DNA from: a bacterium | GTDB lineage: Bacteria > UBA8248 | Assembly (NCBI GenBank): GCA_965213685.1 | Contig: CBDBZY010000041.1 | Span: forward strand, 1-64,000 | Reading direction: 5' to 3' | DNA: 64,000 nt | Part shown: piece by piece, positions 50,801 through 64,000 of the stretch | Layout: each line of letters opens with the position of its first letter | Numbering within the stretch: position 1 is the first letter of the stretch | The notes under the pieces: model-generated | Told to the model about the DNA's origin: nothing | What the model saw: only the letters and a program-made list of their open reading frames with translations | Database searches by the model: none | Made by a program: the position numbers and the translations under genes

Positions 50801-50899
50801 TATACAAAAACACTACTGAGTGAGGGCATTTTATGCAGTATTATTATGGAGAGAATTGACGTTTGGACCAACAATATATGATTCATGATCATCCATTTT

Positions 50900-51215
50900 C
50901 CTCAGAAGAGACACTGTGCTGACCCATTTCCTTGCAACGGGGTGGAGGGCTCTGATTGGGGACCAATTTCCTCCTCCTCCTTGTCCTTCTCTGTCTCTTT
51001 AGATCTCCTTTTCATCACCCCAGATAGTGGCTCAGTCTGAACCATCCTCAGGCCCTCCTCTTCCTCCTCAGAAGCATCACCCACCTTCCCACCTTCTCTT
51101 CAACCACCACTGCCCTTACCTGGAGGTAGTGGCTCAATGAACTCCTCCTCTTCCTCCCCCTCGCCTCCCCTCCTTTCCTACTCCCTCCTCCATACCCCTC
51201 GCCATTGCCTCATTA
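50900..51215 (-). pseudogene. Inverted decayed copy of part of the FNBP4 WW1 exon
   Basis: RMVQTEPLS..MKR..EEEIGPQ.EP.TPLQGNG matches ~28230-28580. Confidence 0.85.
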
Positions 51216-52116
51216 TTCCATGCACCCTTCTTCTTAGCAAGCAGCTATTAGCCATCCTCGGGCTCTTATTGTATTCTCATTCTGCACAGCCATGACTTCC
51301 CTACATCTTTCAAAACATTACATATGCTCTTCATACAGGCCTATGACTATGGTATGCATGTTGATGATGAAATAGCAAAAAATTGTGTCCAATGTCCTCT
51401 GCGATAAGGTAGCTGTAGGAACATGTTGATTTGTGCTACATTTGGCAACACCTAGCAACACCTTCATAACTGTAACAAGTGGTAGAATGCCTCTATATTA
51501 TAGACATTAGGCATTCTACCAGTGACCTTTGAACTCATAAGCCACAGGGTCAAAGGTTTCATGTAAAATTCGCTCGAGCAGAGGGCCTGGGAACAAGGCT
51601 AGGTCCGGTTGCTATGCAGTTAGGTTGCCCTCCACATGCATGCCTAGTTAGTCAAAAAGTTGCCACTAGTGAAATTGAAATTATTCAACAGGAAAATAAT
51701 GTACGCGGAATATCAAGTGTGTAATAATGGGAAATACGCCTACATATGACCTAACAGGAAGTATACTCTAATGTCTAAATAAGTCCAAAACTATACTGCC
51801 ACGTTAGAGAGACTGTCACATGTCTCTCACACTATGCTGAGACCAAGAGCAGACAGTCCAATGGCAATCCACACACCTGTATATTGGGGGTTAAACAAGC
51901 AATTAAGGCAAAGGTCATCAAGTGCCTCTTTGTGGTGTGTGTGATGATACCACTGGTATTTTGAGTTACATCTATGTATGTGAAAGCAAATGAGTCGGAG
52001 TTGAAAGTGAAAGGGGCAGTTAAGTAATCTTCAGCATAACGCAAAATTAGGCTACAAAAATCATTACTGCATAACAATACTCCTCATTGTGCTGACTAAT
52101 CATGGTGTGGAAATGG

Positions 52117-61074
<8,958 letters not shown>

Positions 61075-61148
61075 AGCGTGGTCTGCTAAGTCAGGAGCCC
61101 ATAAGCGCCGCGAATTGGCGTCCCTGGCTAAATATTCGGCGTAGTTAA

Positions 61149-61731
61149 GGGTGGTCGGACATGGCTACTGTGCGGCTCTAAAGGAATGCGCAGATCTGGG
61201 CTTCGTGGTTAATTAGTAGAAGCCATATGCAACAGCTGCACGCATTAGCGTAGTAGATCTGGCCGGTCTAAAGTATGCAGCGTGCATAACTCTGTAAAAC
61301 TCCGTAGCGCTTTTCCTGATCGGGACGCCCTTCCGTTGGCGTCATCGTGGACAGGTACCGCAGACCGTAACGTGGAGTTTTTCCGAATTGAACGCTCCAA
61401 ATTCGAGAAACGTTCAAAAACCCGTGCTTGCGTACTAGATACGGTGAAAACGGCCACGTTAATGGCTAGCGCTTGCTCGAATAGCCCTGGTGCCTGAGTT
61501 TCAGGGAGGTAGGTAAATCGGTTAAGAAGTTTTATAGAGAAAGAGTCCAAGATTTTACCGCCGTAACTCTCGGTGACTAGGTAAGCTGGAGCTGTGAAAC
61601 TTGGTATACGAGTTGCAGTGTCTGCAGTGTCTATAAGGGCCCAAACGCGACATTGGTAGGTACTGTACTTTGCGAGATATAATAGCATAGCAACCACATG
61701 CCTCATTAATATTCATGATGTCCGACCACCC
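61149..61731. mobile_element. Kolobok-like MITE with perfect 14-bp TIR and TTAA TSD
   Basis: TTAA-GGGTGGTCGGACAT..ATGTCCGACCACCC-TTAA. Confidence 0.88.
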
Positions 61732-61739
61732 TTAAATGG

Positions 61740-62075
61740 TTGTGCGAGAACGACACCACCTTTGGGGTGTCAAATGCAGGACACCCCAGGTCAGTGTCAT
61801 AATAACACACCTTAGAGTGTTAGCGCTACACTCTAGTTTCTCCACGGAGCACCCCATTGTTGTCTTGACTGCACCCCTCCTTTCTCTATACCACACCCTA
61901 TGGGTGTCTTCACCACACCCCTTTCTTACCCCACTGGTGCTTTAGTTACACCCCAGTAGTGTTACAATTACACCCCTACTCTGTGTAGACTACACCCCAC
62001 TTGTGTCTCAGTATGACACTCCTGCTGTGTTGTAGTTACACCACAGTGGTGCATTTCTTACACCCCTTTTCTTTA
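61740..62075. repeat. ACACC/GGTGT short-motif array resembling an EnSpm subterminal region
   Basis: Numerous ACACCC/ACACT motifs in both orientations; terminus not seen. Confidence 0.5.
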
Positions 62076-62214
62076 CAAAATTGTCAGTAGTAAAAATAAT
62101 TATGATAGAAACAGTGCATATACAGTACACTTGGAAGTGGTGACAATACATGCAAAACTCAATGAGGTACCAATTCAATGTCAGTAAAGGTGTCCATATT
62201 GAGTGAATACATAT

Positions 62215-63178
62215 GGGATTCCAATCCACACTGTCCAGAGCTTCTTCGGTGTTGATTAAGAGACCCTGTACATAAAACATAGCAGGAGCAGTGTATACAC
62301 TGCAAAAACTCCATGGTTATTTTAACCAATACGAGTGGTTATCTCAGTTGCACATTTGTTCTGCCAACACTGAATAGAGGTATGAAGAATGCGTAAGATA
62401 TGTAGGATATTACCCAGGAGGGATTGAGCGGTAAAGTAAATGACAGTCTATTAGTCTACTGAGCATGACAGAGGAGTGACAACCTATCATGGGCTGTTTA
62501 CGCATCCCCTGTAATTCTTGTCATAGCACACAATTACTTTTACAACACCCAATTACACACGTATTATTGGAGACACTCTACACTTTGCCCACATGCCTTC
62601 AGTGTCAAGAGTATAGAATAACTCAGTGTTGGGGGGGAGTGTGGGGGTGACATGATGTCATTCAGTTGCAACTGAGATAACCTTAGCAAGGGATTCCAAT
62701 CCACACTGTCCAGAGCTTCTTCAGTGTTGATTAAGAGACCCTGTACATAAAACATAGCAGGAGCAGTGTATACACTGCAAAAACTCCATGGTTATTTTAA
62801 CCAATACAAATGGTTATCTCAGTTGCACATTTGTTCTGCCAACACTGAATAGAGGTATGAAGAATGCGTAAGATGTGTAGGATATTACCCAGGAGGGATT
62901 GAGCGGTAAAGTAAATGACAGTCTATTAGTCTACTGAGCATGACAGAGAAGTGACCACTGTTTATGCTTCCCCTGTCAAATTCATGTTATAGCACACAAC
63001 TACTTTCACAACACCCAATTACTCACGTATTATTGGAGACACTACACTTTGCCCACATGCCTTCAGTCTCAAGAGTATAGGATAACTCAGTGTGGAGGGT
63101 GAGTGTGGGGGTGACATGATGTCATTCAGTTGCAACTGAGATAACCTTAGCAAGGTTGAAATAACCATCTGTTTTTAG
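62215..63178 (+). repeat. ~475-bp tandem duplication including a CACTA MITE (62298 and 62773) and flanking DNA
   Basis: 62215-62689 repeats from 62690 with few differences. Confidence 0.9.
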
Positions 63179-64000
63179 TTACACGTTTGTAAGAGGGCAT
63201 CTAAATACTTACCTTTAATGAAAATGTTAGCTTCATGGATGAACTGATATATATGGTCTGAAATATGTGGACATAAAATAGATACAACATAATACATGCA
63301 AGTAGCTATAGGCTGCAAGATGTTGCTTTGTAGGGCTAACTACCTCAATACTTACCATAATAGTGATGTTCCTCAGGGTAAAGTGTAAAACTTCTTCAAT
63401 GAAATTAATTCTGCAATGAAGGATGAAAACGTAAAGTACATACCACACATTTGTATTATGGGACTTCTAACAGAAACATACCTCCCTGAGAGTCCAGTCA
63501 TGGTAGGTACACCTTCTTTATGGTAATGTGTTAGATGTTCTTATAGGTAATATACCACACAGTACAGGTATAGGCTTCAATTCTTCTTCACTCCTACACT
63601 TCTATAAAAGACAAGTTCTTGCATTCAAAAACTAGATATCACTTCACCATTACTCACTAAGGAAACCACATAAATGGGCAGACCTTAGAGTGCTTCCTGA
63701 GTGGTCACACCATACATGATACCACAAGACAGGATGTGGCCAATTCATTGCCAACATCTGGAGAGGGAAGGAGAGTCATGCAAGTGTACATGTTTGTTCA
63801 CAATATATGGCACTTTCCCCCTTACCTTTGTGCAAAAAAGCTTCATGCCAGTTGAGGTAGTTGACAGGCAGGTCTTCTGGGGAGGGGTAGGGTTATACAT
63901 CTCGTGTTTAATAGCGCTAGTTTGAGGTGATAGGAGTGCTCTATAAAACATGACAAGGGACACACTTCAAGCACAAAAACGAATATATGGCTTACGAAAG

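Noticed and set aside
61245-61706. 153-aa ORF as a Kolobok transposase
   Set aside because: No catalytic motifs; element only 583 bp and the related copy at 4771 does not keep the ORF.
63180-64000. Possible - strand gene fragments
   Set aside because: Exon-like pieces contain stops and no recognisable family; runs off the window.

Overview
Eukaryotic (animal) genomic DNA with short GT-AG introns, abundant TACATG-rich intronic tracts and dense transposon content; these traits suggest a non-bilaterian invertebrate such as a demosponge (inference, not established). Host genes: a degraded Ser/Thr kinase (-), RECQL/RecQ1 (-, 4 coding exons), a 128-aa orphan ORF just upstream of RECQL, a divergently transcribed and much expanded FNBP4 (+, 26.3-47.8 kb), an intronless GNAT/glycine N-acyltransferase-like gene with a decayed duplicate, and a multi-Ig cell-adhesion gene (-). 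The most striking feature is a 7.3-kb, apparently intact CACTA/EnSpm transposon in an FNBP4 intron. It carries an 11-exon transposase and a divergent BEND5-like BEN-domain gene whose 3' end is folded into nested palindromes. The rest is a mosaic of often nested elements: Helitron2/Helentron-like with a Pif1 remnant, hairpin-headed Crypton-like, Kolobok-, Academ-, P-, Tc1/pogo- and CACTA-type MITEs, and three tRNA-derived repeats. Exon boundaries and family assignments were read by eye; no searches were run.
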